Source of the DNA: Marsupella aquatica
Lineage: Eukaryota > Plantae > Marchantiophyta
DNA length: 64,000 bases
Reading direction: 5' to 3'
Assembly: GCA_973895155.1 (NCBI GenBank)
Contig: OZ316892.1
Span: 7,237,251 to 7,301,250 of the forward strand
The notes under the pieces were generated by a model. The model made no database searches and was not told the origin of the DNA. It saw nothing but the letters and a program-made list of their open reading frames with translations. A program made the position numbers and the translations under genes. Positions 25,354-38,839 of the stretch are shown here, in pieces. Every line of letters starts with the position of its first letter. Positions within the stretch are counted from its first letter, which is position 1.

Positions 25354-28300
25354 TGCTGTAGCTGCACTGGCACCACGAGTGTAACCCTAATCCTTTCAGA
25401 TCAAAATCAGAAACCCAAAAATAACCTTGCAGTCCAAAGTCAGCCCTCGAGTGCAATCAACATCCCCAAAGTTTCTTTCGTTTTATCTACCCAATATGCA
25501 ATATTCTGATGTGCTACTCGTCGAAGCTTAAAGACTGGCAGAGAACTCCCGGCGGAGTTCATGCCATGTTCACAGGAAGGGGTGATTCAAAGCGAGCAAG
25601 CCGGAGCTATTTCTGGTAGCGCCTATCAAAAGATAGGTACGGAAGTATTTCTCTGGAGTCTGGATGGTGAACTCCAGCTCACCAGCTGTTAGAGGAGACA
25701 CTCGCTCGACCGGACACCAGAGATAGTCATCGCACACGAGGGATCGATCATAGCTGAGGTCGGACAGAGGCACAGCAGCACTGATGATGGTGGTAAGGAA
25801 AATCAACACGAGTCTTTCACACAGGGACATTGGAAGCTCGGAACCGACCTATGTTGATTTGATTGATCGAACTTGAGAGCAGAGCTGCAGACGTACATCC
25901 TGGGAATTTATTTAGTTTAGTCTGGGGTACCAGTACCTGCGAGGGAGTTGGAGACCAGGCCTAGTACATACGTACCTTTCTTCAATGTGCAGCCAGGCCG
26001 CGGGGATCGAAGCCATACTATGCCAAGGCAGCTTTAATTGATCTACGGTGACTGAGGCAAAATTGTAAAATGAGACACCGTCTACCATACTCATGTCCTT
26101 GAGTTGCTTTGTAAAGCTTTCTTTGTAGGGTAGCAAGACAAGACTGTAAGGATCGACTGTAGCTTGCTCGCAATTGTCGAAGAGCCAACAATACATAGTT
26201 GATTTAGGGGAAGCCCTGTCTGATACTTAATATGTATAATTCAGGATAAGTTTTTCAAGTTTTTACATTCTGGGTTTATGTTGAGGGAGGACCAAACAAA
26301 GTAGAATGAAGAAAAAGCAAAAGAGATCCAAACGGGACAAACATCAACCTTGAAAGAAGCCTGCAAAGGTAAACCCCAAAAACCTAGAGCGAGAGTAAAA
26401 AGGAAAAAGAGGGATAGCATCTAAATAGAGATACAATCTTCTAAAGATGACTCTCTTTCTCTTGTCAGTTTTCACTCAGAGGTCTAACTGATGTACAGTA
26501 TAAAAGAGCATAAAAGAGAGTTTTGCTTCAGTCTGTCAGAGTTGTAAAAGTCTATCACAGGTGCGTTGCAAAAGTCTATCAACTAAGCAGATTGGCAAAA
26601 GTGGTTTTGCTGCAGTCCATCAGAGTTACAAAAGTCTATCAGAACTGAGTAAAGTCATCAACGCTTTCCAAGGAAAAGCCTATCAAAGCAGAGTTGTAAA
26701 AGTCTATATTTCAGAGATTACGGCAAACCGTGGAGGTACGTCCAAGCTTCAATTTCGATATATTATATCACAGGTAATGTGTACCTGCCTGCCCGCTGCA
26801 ATTCGCAGTGAGTCGGGCATACTCGGGGGCATACTTCTTTCGTTATTTTACAGAAGCTCGGAGTGTGGGGGACTGACTCCGCACACGCGGTCCTCTTCGT
26901 ATCAAATGAAGTTCAAGTTTCAAGGCACAGTCAGCAATGAGAGTGAGCAAACACGGGCACTCTTCAGCACGGTGGGTATCATGGACGGGAGTGGTCGACG
27001 AGAAGATGGAAAGACAGGTTCGTGTGTTCGGGTCGGGCGGCGCGGGATCTGAATCTCTGGAATCCTGGAAAAGGAAAGGGAGTTCGAGGCAATGCAGCAG
27101 CAGTACTGCTATTGTCGAGCGATCAGTGTGAGATGGCCGACACATCCTCGACACCAGATATCAGCCAGATTGAAGGCACGCGTACCGATTAAGCTACCAG
27201 GAGCCTACAATAGTTTCCAACAACTACTTGACTGTCCTGTACGCAAACCTTTCTGTCAAGTATTTGCAGGGAGGAGATCGCGGGAGCTAACAGGAGATCG
27301 CAGGAAATCTCTGTCTTGCCGGAGTGCCTGTCAGCAGCAAGAAGGCATTTATCCAGGGGATCATGACGCATGCAATCATGTTTACAGAGAAGAGTAGGTC
27401 GGCAGGAGATTAGTTCGACCTGAATAAAATTTCCCCACAAAGTGATCACAACTGGCATGCCGGTCACTCAGTTTTTATACCAGAAATACTCGGGAAATAC
27501 TACTATACTACTACCGTAGGGTTTTCCGGACCGAATGCCTAGTTGCACGAGGTTTATGTTTTTCTTCTTTGCACTGTTATATATATGGTTTATGGTTTAT
27601 GGTTTTTATTCTTTTGCACTGTTACATATATGGTTTATCGTAGTCTGGAATTGTGTTCAATTATGAATTAAAAAACTTTACTATTTCCTATTCTATAATT
27701 AAAAGTGAAAGACAAATGACTGAAGATTTTTTGTAAAAGCTTATTAGCCATCGTATAATTCAGCTGTCACAAAAGTCCAGGGTTATAAGACCCTTTTTTC
27801 CATGTGGTGCGTCAATGCTTTAATCCCAGATTTGAAAGATAACAAACATGATTGGCAGCTGGAAAAGCTTGAGGACTCAATGCAAAAAGGATCCACACGG
27901 CTTGTTTAATTATCATAATGGTGCTGAAATATCAGAAGGGGAGAGTTGCTGTCTGAATTCAGAGTGCAAGGGGGCCCAAACGGGACCATTAAGTTTCATA
28001 CCATGCAAGAATTTCAAGAGTCACCTTGAGGTTGTTCCCTTATCCGCCCACAAAAAAACAAACAAACACAAGCGACTTTCAAGAGTCCAAGGTAAACAGA
28101 TGTCTTGCCGTTTACTTTCATATAAAGTTCAATTTTACAGGTTAAATTGAATCACCTTGATTAGCTGCAACCAGAATACCAATCGTGGTCGTGCATCTTC
28201 ATAACTAACACAGTCATTGCACATTGCATCTCTCGAAATCCGAGATCTATTTAATTCCTTGTTCTATTACTTGAATGTAAAGTTATTGAGATGTTAATAC

Positions 28301-30771
28301 AGTTATGAAGCCCACTGGCATCACTCAAATGACAAAATCAATGTCCGTCTCGATTTCCTACCCATTGATAATGGAGTGCGACGTGCAGCGATCTGGCCGT
28401 GACATATGGGATTCTGGGAACGGAATTCATAGCTTTAATAAAGTCTAGTTAGTTGGAACGCCAACATCGATCGACCATTGTCCGGTAAATTTTGAGAACT
28501 ACTCAATGTATGGTGCACATTGAAATTGCCAGCCACGGGAAGCAGCACACGAATTTGGGGAAGCTGGGCCTCGGGATGTATGTAATCATCTGATAATTAT
28601 CATGATTGCCCAGAGTCCGGGACAAAGTGGACCTGGCAGTCACTTCGATAAAGACCATGTACTGATCGAGATGTTCTCAATAAAGGACACGACATCACTA
28701 GTTTCATTGTGGACTTTTCGGCAGCTCGCTTTCCAGAGAGTCCAATAGGTTTCCTTTCCTTTCTGGTCCCGATATGATTATGAAGACATGAATTGCAGCT
28801 CTCTATAGATCATTTTCCTTTCCGGTCCATTTGAGATTATCAAAACATAAATCACAGCTATCTATAGAAAGCAGATACGGACTGTAGCTATTCCATCCAA
28901 CGCCTGTGGTCAAGCACGTTCATTGATCGAGGACCTTCGGGTAAGCATAATTATAAGCGAGAAACCTCCTGTCGTCAGCTCTCATTTAATGGTAAGGAAT
29001 ATATAGTTAGAGAAATCTTATCTTAGGTATTCTTTACTAATCATGTCTTCCAACGATCAGTCGTCTCGATCAATGACTCCCAGTATTGTTATAGGCGGCA
29101 TTCATAATCTTCACGCAAGGTCTTTAATGGGGTTGCACGCGTGGTCGGAGGCCGCCGAAGGATCTCGCCCAACACCGAGCGAGGAAATTCTAAAGCCCGC
29201 CACCTATATAGCTAGCAATAGGAGATAACGAGACCGATGGAGATATGATCAATGATTGGAGGGACCGAGCCAGAAGACTAGGAAAAGTTCCCCCTGGTTA
29301 TAAAATATCGTGATCGAACAGCTGCGTGCTGGACCAGAATCATGAACTGGAGGAAACATGAAATCATAAAACCGGAGGAGATATACGGTATCTTGATCGC
29401 CCTCCAGGCGGCAAAATGGCGCGCACTAGCTACTGGTTCAATTGGGGTGACAGGTGTGTGTGGACCATGCATGGATGGGTTATTTTTTCAGAATTTTATA
29501 TGAGAGCTGCCATGACTTATCCTGACATTGGAAAGGTGGAGGAAGTTGCCTCAATCATCACACGAACATTGCATGGGGAGAGCATATTCTGGCCACAGCA
29601 ACGAACAATATCATTCTGCTTGCAAGTACTAAAGTTGAGTCGCCAACTTTTCTATCATACCCACATCGCCCGTGTACTTTTTCTCTCCCCGATTCAAAGC
29701 TCTGATAGGCAATAAATTAACAAAAGTTTTCTACTGTACGTACTAGCTCAGTTTGGTGAACCACTTAGCCCACAAACTGTAGAGATGGATCAGAAATTCG
29801 AAGGATTGTAACTAATCAAAATTAGGTACCTGATTCTATACCGTCCCTGTGAAATATCGTGTTTTCTGAACATGTTCTCTAAAAGATAGGAGCTGATCTT
29901 CATATCCAAGAGAGACGAAGAAAATTGTTCACACATACTATACCGATAATTGAACCGTAAATACTATATCGGTTGAAACAACTCTTCCTGGCAGAGCACC
30001 AAGCTACCACAGCCTCTGCGAATTAAAAACAGGCGTATCCAGCAATATATAGAGATCATGGGCGGTTGAGAGAATTGAATTGTACGTGGAGGGGGAAGTC
30101 GTCAGCTGCCTCTCCCAAGGTTTATCGGATGAAGGTGGGCAGCTAGCTAGAGTATATGATTATCCATTTTTTGTTGAGCGAGATTGGCAGTGACGGGAAT
30201 TTGTGGTCATGGGAAGCAGCAAGCGCCGTTCCTCATCCTTGTTGAGCTCGATATATCCAACGGCGATGGGTAATCAGGGATTCTTGGAGGTGGGAGTCAT
30301 CAAATGCAAAGATGATGGGCAGTCTGCAGAAAATTTGTGGAGGTACTTCTCCAATTCGCCTGCATATTTGTTTAGATTATTCACTACTGTCTCTGTCCCT
30401 AAGGACAACTAGGGGTACGATCTGCACAGCATCTCACAAGTAAGAAACGATCCTTCAGTAATGAAGTTTATGGGGTTTTGAAACCAACCATACAACGAAA
30501 AACAGGTCAATGGCTCAGGGAGGATTGGATAAGAGAACCTATGCTGACTAGTATGATTAGGGCAAAAGCCTGAACTTGGAGTACATGCACAGCATAAAGT
30601 AAACTCACTAGCAACAGTAAGAGTTTCGGACCGACTACATAGCAATATTAAGATTTTCTGAGAGAAAGTCATTTTTTGACGCATCTCTTCCGTTTGGGCT
30701 TCCGTTCTTTTCTCCCTGTGTGTAGCTAGACTTGGTAGATAATCCAGAGGGACAGAATTTTGAGCTCAGCA

Positions 30772-32337
30772 ATGGCAGATCAAGACGAAGAGGATGAGAC
30801 AGTCATGGGTGAGAGGTGAACCTATCGGTACAATGGTGACATCAACATCTCAGGTACGTGCCGCATATCACAAGAGATGTGGTGTGTATCCTCTTTGGAC
30901 GGACAGGAAAGAAACGAGGAAGTAAGCCCGGTTGCCAATTTAATTGTGACTTATCGTTGATATGCTCAGTATCAATGGATCAACCTAACTTACTGACTTG
31001 CTGACTTGAGATGAACTAGTAGTGTTCCCGGCCAGGTTCCCCGTAGTGTTTCCTCCGCAAAATACTGAGAGCGTGACCCGAGTAAGCTGCACTTCTTGTT
31101 CTGTAGTAACGATTTGATCGACGATATGAATTCAAATTATAATTTCCATGGGAATTGCAAGCTTGCCCTAAGAATGGGCTGCTTGTGTTTGATTTTGCAA
31201 ATCTAACAATTGTTTGGACCAGCCAGGTTCCAGGGATTGAAAAATTCGAAATTGCAACTGGTGCTCAACCTTACCCCTTCTTAGATGATGTTGTTAATTA
31301 ATTTTCATTTGGTACTTCCATGTAAGCTTGAAGTGACTTTGTTCAGCAAATTAGAAGCGATGGTGTTTCTTCACCGCGCAACTTGCTCCAATGGAATACA
31401 GCAACTCATTCATTCACAACGTAGATCCACAGTTTTTGTGCACGATTGTTTCCTTTCTTCTCACAGGCTCTGGTGAAGTTCCGTCCCAATATTCAAACCA
31501 AATTAAAGCAGTTCAAGAAAGTTTTGAAATGCTTACTGTGAGACGTTGTAAACTGCTGGTGGAAGTAATTCTTCGTGAAGCTGTCAATGTAGAATCTGTT
31601 GGAGACTCGAAATGATTTACTGCGTGTTACAGTATGCCATGTAAAAAGTCCAGGATAAATCTTTGCAAGCAGAAAAGTTTGTTGCTGATAGGAACTCTAC
31701 CAAACAGATTGATGTTAATTAACGAAAAGGTTTGATAAGATGTGTAACTAATAGACGTAACCTTCCGATTTAGCCATGGGGATCCCTTTGCTGAGGCGAT
31801 AACCATGACCATCGCTTGAGTAAGTGCGCTTGACAGAACGCACTTCAGGTGCCATGCAAATCCTTCTTTTGGTGTTTTTTGGGGGTTTGTGCCTTGCTAA
31901 TATCCTTTATACTGGAACATAAGTAATTGTCAATGTGGGAAGACACTTAATAGATCACATCACATCACATATTATATAATATCTGGAACTTGAATGTACA
32001 TTGTGGTAAGAGAGCTTTGTTCATCTGTGTATAATTATGCTGTGTGCTGATCGTACCCTAGTCAATCTCTTGATAATGAAATCTCTCTCCCATTACCAAG
32101 AACGTCTCTAGTTAAGTCTGCTGTCTTTTCCCTAGCAGTAGGAGAGACCAAAAGGAAAATTGGACCTCAAACAACAATATAACACCCCATTTTGGCTAGA
32201 CGAGATGTCAATTGAGGTATCTATTGAGTGGGAGAATAGACGACAAAGAAGTGATGATGGCTCTTGACGAACCATTGTTTTCGACGACAGTGAGAGCCTG
32301 TGTGCTTTGCAATTGCTCTGGGGGAGATCCTGCAAAG
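30772..32337 (+). pseudogene. Possible degenerate spliced gene of unknown family
   Basis: ATG at 30772 (MADQDEEDETVMGER*). A donor after 30853 and an acceptor at 31466 are phase-compatible; a further exon-like block at ~32140-32337 ends in AAG|GT. Multiple in-frame stops; no family recognised. Confidence 0.3.
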
Positions 32338-33660
32338 GTTGGGTACTTCGTTAATTTCCAATCTTTGAGATTTAGCCAGTACTACACACAGCTGCAGCAC
32401 TTGGAGAGACGAGAAATCTTAGGCTGGGGCGACAGTCAAGTAATGCAGAAAAAATATATTGTAACATTGGCTGATAGAACGAGTGTCGTCTACACTAAGC
32501 TGAAGAATAATTCTGGATCAGAGGTAGAGATGATCTCAATGGATTGGGAAAATGTGGAGATACTGTCCAGTCGCAACAGCTGTAATTAAGATTCTGGATT
32601 TATGCCAGTCTGGGAAGAGGCAATCAAGCTGGTTGCTTTTTTCCCGAAAGCAATGATTATCTTTATTTGTCAGTAAAAATGCAAAGCATAAAGACCAGTC
32701 AACCCATGCCACTAGCGGGAGCTAGTAAAAGCCCAAAGTAACAAAACCACTGAAGGCCAGACACATATATCTGGGTTGGGTTACTGAGTACTCTGACCAG
32801 TGGAGGTAAAGAACCTTAATTAGTGTGTTGTCGAGACCTGAAATGGAAGTGAGAACGTGCAAGGAACACGGTCGGTGGGACGGTAAGAAACCAGAGTGAG
32901 CACCCAATCAACCTAAGTAGGGAAAAAGTCTCGAACGTGAGATTTCGCTCAGGGCTAGGCATGTATGGACAGCACCTGTGTACCATAATCAAGCAGGTTA
33001 ATATGATATACTACAGTATGTCACTCATGCGAATGATGTTTAAGTCAGTGCATACTCCCAATCCATTGACAAGTAAATGCCTAGCGGGAAGCTGAGCAAA
33101 TAAATTACGCAGGTTGTGAATCTGGAGTGCCTCCAACTAGCCGTTAATGAGCAGCTCGAGTATGGGCACAAGAGAATACAGGTCAACAAGAAACTAGTCT
33201 TACAGTGAGATCGAGTTGGATGTTGCTCCTCACATAGTTTGACTCAGTGCTCTGAATTTCAATGTGCTCAATCATTAATCATATGTTCGACTGACTCTAT
33301 GCTTCTCAGTCTGGCACACCTATTTACTTAGTTAAGATAGTTGCATGTTGATCGTTTGCCCCCCGCCCGATAGTTTGTTCGATGACATACTTGAGTAATA
33401 CCTCTCCTTCCAGAATTCTCTCTTAGTTGGATAAAGTAATCGTTCATCTTCAATAATTGTGCTTCGCCCAGGGGAAATCTGATTCTGAGCAAGTCACATT
33501 TGATCCAGGATAATTGCATTGCCAGAATCCCAGTGGAGAACCAGAATCTGGAACAGCCGCATTTGCAATATCAGGATGAAATTTAAGGATCCTCTGCACT
33601 TAATTGAAATTGTCATGGCTGATAACCAGGGCTTTAACCAGGGCTTTCAACTCTAGAATA

Positions 33661-33931
33661 CTACACTGTCCACCCCAAAATTGTGTGTCTCACATAAAAT
33701 AACATAAAATATTGTGAGTCACTGGTGTCATACTAATGAGAGTTCACAAACACTGAGAATCGAGGCCTAAGAATGAGACTCAAGCGAACTCTCTCAACAC
33801 AAAGTAAATACTGTGATTTGGGTTTAAAAGAAATGTTCCCACAATTTAGTGCGAGTCCCTCGAATTTTGGTGTCACACTATATATATACTCGCACTGTTT
33901 ACACTCACACTATTTACAGTGGAGAGTGTAG
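33661..33931. mobile_element. Putative MITE with ~13 bp terminal inverted repeats (TA-flanked, Tc1/mariner-like)
   Basis: CTACACTGTCCAC ... GTGGAGAGTGTAG, one mismatch. Confidence 0.45.
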
Positions 33932-34178
33932 TTGCCATGTGAGTTCTTTAGCTATTTCTAAAGTAAACTTGCCTTATATGTGATTGCTCTGACATTCAGC
34001 CTGACTCGATCCTGGAAAATCAGTCAGACTGGCAGCTGCCCGTTTGCCTCCATAATTGAAAAGTCATCATTTGTTTTCTAAGTGTTATAAGTTTTGTCTG
34101 ATTCTCACTTTTGAGTGGGGATTATGTTAAAAGAACTGAGTCTGTAGTAGAATTTGAACCCTGCACCTCAGTCTCGAC

Positions 34179-34444
34179 CAGCTTATTTCACTTTTAAGCC
34201 AGAGTGGCGAATGTAAAGTGTGTGAGGGAGAAGATGTTCAGAAGATTCCCTATTCAATTATTTTCCTGATGGTCAGATCTCCCTAGATGTAAGGCTGACC
34301 CTTAGATTCTGGCTAATGGGGCCTGGGATTAGGTGAAACACTGGCTACTGAGCCAGCAAAATAGTGGCGAATTTTCGCCAAAAGTGGCAAAGGATTTTGG
34401 GGGAGGTGGAATCTAGCGAATTTTCGCCACTAAAAAAAACACTG
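34179..34444. mobile_element. Non-autonomous hAT-type DNA transposon with 8-bp TSD
   Basis: GTCTCGAC direct repeats at 34171-34178 and 34445-34452. Ends are CAG...AAAACACTG, with subterminal TGGCGAA motifs. A diverged inverted relative lies at ~63840-63910. Confidence 0.7.
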
Positions 34445-34561
34445 GTCTCGACATAGATGGTCGCCAACTCCACCTGTAGCCTGCTAGACAAAAAACTGTT
34501 TCATTCCTGGTATTTTTGTGAATATCAGTGCCTCGACTTTCCCAGGACCTGTCACCCCAAA

Positions 34562-34837
34562 TGTTATGATAGGGTCAAACCATGAAACATCAGAGGTTGA
34601 AACATACTATCTTAATATGTACATGCCAAAGGATGTGGAAGGGACAAAAGGACAGCATGAGGATACAACAATAAGTTTATCAAGTTGTGACATGACACTG
34701 TTATGATAGGGTCAAACCATGAAACATCAGAGGTTGAAACACACTATCTTAATATGTACATGCCAAAGGATATGGAAAGGACAAAAGGACCTCATGAGGA
34801 AACAACAAAGATTTTATCAAGTTGTGACATGACACTG
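34562..34837. repeat. Tandem duplication, 137 bp x2
   Basis: TGTTATGATAGGGTCAAACC...GTGACATGACAC starts at 34562 and 34699. Confidence 0.93.
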
Positions 34838-34839
34838 AC

Positions 34840-35006
34840 ATTAAACCGCCACTAGCCATATAAAATGTCCAAGACTTGTCCCTTTTTCACATTCTATTCA
34901 TTCCTCTCCTATCCCATGCCATTCTGCTCCACAATTTCAGGAATTAAAAGGATATTGTCTATTTGTGGGGGGATCCAGGTTTTGTCATGGCTAGTGGTGG
35001 TTTAAT
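34840..35006. mobile_element. MITE with 20-bp terminal inverted repeats, TTAA at both ends
   Basis: ATTAAACCGCCACTAGCCAT ... ATGGCTAGTGGTGGTTTAAT (1 mismatch); second family member at 57619-57767. Confidence 0.75.
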
Positions 35007-37106
35007 GAACACAAGGTACAGAATGAAGAGGACAACAAATGGAAGATAAAGTAAGGGCTGACCAATATGCAGTCGACTAGGACTTTTTACTGATTTGATT
35101 GAAATGCATCTGCCAATGAAGGACGCTCTCCTGGAGTACCTGGAGGAACATTTGCTCATAGCCCCAATCAACATACTTAGGCAATCTCATAGCCTCAAGG
35201 AACATACTTAGGCAATAGGACAAGGCAAGAAGCAAAGGACCATACAAGGGAGCAAGAATGTTTGTCCAAACTATCACGAATCATGACTAGCTTGTTTAAT
35301 TTACCCCCCAGACATTTCAATTTAAGCGATCATATGATCCTGGATAGCGTATTGAATTACTAGGCAGCCAAACCCCAAAACTTCATTTCTAACCTATGCT
35401 CATAATTGTTATTTTCTATGGCAGCATCCCCACTTTGGTTACAGGGTAATGTAACTAAACTAAGATGATCCAAAGTGGTATTTCAATTGTCCATGGCCAC
35501 CTAGCAGAGCCTCATAGGTTCCCTTGCAAATCCTAGTCCCCTGTACCCCCTAGATGCTCGCCCTAGCTCCCATTGTGAACATTAGACAAGCCCACCTTGT
35601 TCAACGCTTCCTTCCACCTCACAGCTATCATCCAGAGTAGAGAAACTCACCTTTTACCCAAGAGCAACTTCTAGTCATTTCCCGACTCTCACGCAAATAA
35701 CAATGCCATTAGTATGTGCAGACAGGTGCACCTTTCCTGAGTAAAAGTGGTGGGAGATAGAGTATTGGTTACTCCTCAGCCCCTGGCTGGTCTGCTTTGG
35801 GGCCCTATTTTAACTCCAGGTCTGGGTCCTTGTTGGATCCCTGGGTAATGTCCTCCTTGTAGTACGTGGCTACCCTACAGAATGGTATCCTCTAGAGCAA
35901 AACATTTATCCTCTGGATGGGCTTTTGGTTTTTGAGGCAAAAGAAAAGTTGTGGGAGAGTGTGGGGGGTGTGCTAGCTTAATTGCAAGTTTACTCACTGT
36001 TTGTTTTGGGTATTCCTTGGATAATAAGTGCTGCAGCCAATTTTTTCAAATCCATGCCACAATAAAATGCAGTCCGAAGCGCAAGGGCTTAGGGGATGAA
36101 GTTCCATATTTTTCAGATACCATGTGCAACCTTGTCCCAGTCCTCATTTTCAACCCCAAAATTTTCCCCTTCCTTGCCCTTGGGGACCTCACTCCAAGGG
36201 AGGTCCCATATCATGCATGAAGTTTTTGTATAATAAATACCCTAAAGCATGAAAATAACTTAAGCTTTTTGAAACTATGTTTTATCACTAAGTAAACTTT
36301 ATGGAATATTCTAGAACCCAGATAGAACAAGTTATGGACTTAAAGTACTGCCAATTTTAAGTGCACACTATCACTGATAATTCTCAGCTGGTGATCTCAT
36401 TAGTTGGTCTAAGAAATCTGACAGCATGATTGACCTTTTCCTTGTGATGGTTGTGCACCATTGCCCACTGTCCTCTTTGTTAGCCATTGATTGATTGAGC
36501 GCATGAATCAATCCTGAAGATGTAATGGCTAGCATTAGTTTTAGTTTATTTGTATGGAAATGATTCATTGTATTTCAAAAGTAAATAAAATGATTTAAAT
36601 GCCTCCATCTTTGTTATAGGCATGCTAATTTTTTAATTTTTTTAATTTTTTAAGTTTATACCATTCTGGGGTTTGACTGTTTTGTGGGGCAACAACAAGT
36701 AAAGTAGTATGCCTTTCCTGCAATGCTTGGTTGACAATTTTGTGCCATGCACATGCACCAACAACAATATGACAGAACTACCACAGTTCATGACAGGAAC
36801 TACCATAGTTCAAGGCATGGGCCCTGGGCTGGTGCATACATGATGGATGCTAATATAATTAATGAGAGAGCTTGGCATTTACAACAGCAAAGTATCACAT
36901 GCTTGTAAATGAGTTTAGGGTTTAGGGATTAGTTCATGAGTAAACTTTGTGCATCCCCTCCTGGGCATTATTTAGATCAATTTAATTTGAGTGTTGCAAA
37001 TAGTTTCATCACTCCAAGAAGTAATTTATGTGAAGCTTGGCATGTTAAAAACTAAGAATTATAGATTATAGCAAAAAACAATGAGAGCGGAAATAAATCA
37101 TAGCGG

Positions 37107-37430
37107 AAAAATAGTGAGGAAAACACAAAGATAAAACACAAACCTCAACAAATCAAAATTAACCTCTTCGCAAGAGAATCAAAGCTCTCACCCATGCCCA
37201 TGTAAGAGGATTAGAAAAGTCAGGAGAAATTAGTGAGGAAAAAACAAAACTTAACGAGTAAACCTAACCAAGTAAAATGCACCTCTTTCCTAGAGAACTG
37301 CAACTCCCGCCCATGCCCATGTACTAAGTTGTTGACAAAAGTAAGGAGCAAATAGTCCACAAAAATTAAAAAACAATTTTTAACGAATCAAATTCACCTC
37401 TTCCCTAGAGAATTAAAGCTACCACCCCTG
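37107..37430. repeat. Degenerate tandem repeat, ~120 bp x3
   Basis: Recurrent motifs TAGTGAGGAAAA, ACCTCTT..AGAGAA and CCCATGCCCATGTA. Confidence 0.6.
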
Positions 37431-38839
37431 GAGCAAATACAGCCAGGTAAGGTGTTATTGTATGGAACAATCTACACACATATGACATATCAATGCTTGT
37501 TATACAAACCTTAAGACCCCAGCCCAAGACATCCTAGCAGCTTGCTACATAGATCCCATCCCAAGACAGCAGACCCTCCTTGAGCACCCATTGCAGATGA
37601 GCCAACAGCGATAAAAATAATAATCTGGAAAGTATCTTAGTGTTCATGGGATCTTGTTCACCCTTATGAAGCTTGTAAGCAGACCATGGAAGAATTTTGG
37701 CAAGATTGCATATAATAGTGTTTGATAGGGCGTCTCAAAGGTCCAAAGTTTGCAGTCAGTAACTTGTGCGTTATATATGTTACCAACACAATCCTGATCA
37801 ACTTTGAAATCAGTGTTCCATAACTTTTTGTTCTTGTCAAACATCCATAAGACATCCTTATTTTCTGCACAGATGATGAAGGAGCATGGGAAGGATTTTC
37901 CAATAAATCACAAATGAACTGGACCTAGCTACAGTAGTTTAAGTGACTTATGACTTAAACATCGATTATTTATGATTTGAGAAAACTTTGGAGCAAACGG
38001 TGATACCCCAAAGATGGAATATCGAAAGTAATCATTCCATAACCCAACTGCGCAGTCACATACCTCCATTACTCGCTCCAAGCAGAACTGTACCAATAAG
38101 TAGGGCCCTCACGGTAGGAGTACAGTCCACGACTCCATCAGTACACTGTAGACAAAGGGATGCCAATCACAGGGGACCATGCCAAGGCCCTGGTCCGGTA
38201 CCGTACCTTCCAACCGAGGGTACAATTGTCATAAATAGTTACAGTCCAGGACCGCGCGTCCGCAACCGTGCCCCAAGTCTGGTCCCAAACTTTATATTTT
38301 CACGGTACAGTCCATCTTGGGTAAGTGCAAGTATATAAGTTAAGGCCAGCCATATACACCTCTGATATTAAGCCATTTCCCTTTTTAAGTGCACCACCAG
38401 AAAACATTTGTATGCATACATGCATATCGACCCTCACCGGCACTAAGGAACAAATATGTACGTGCATTTTCATCTACAGTGTGTGCATGAATTTATCCAT
38501 CATTGCAACACATATATAGATAAGTGTAACTAGAAAATTGGAGTAGGATGTGTGGGACCTGATAACCCATTAAAGAAACTAACCCCGATTAACTGTTCTT
38601 TGAACATGAATAGCAGGGAGAACAATAAATATCACCAAAATAAATTACTTATTCACATGTTTTGAACATTAATGAAATGATAAAAAAATTATCAATTGCA
38701 TATCATCATTTTAATAATCATACCTAACATACCATAGTACTCTTTTCTATGCACATCCCACTCTCAGTTTTTCTATCTAACATCACGTATCTTCTACTAT
38801 AATAACCAATTCCGCCAGTTTTAGTGGAAATATACACAC

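Noticed and set aside
26561-27467. Cluster of 60-160 aa ORFs
   Set aside because: No motifs or consistent splice model.
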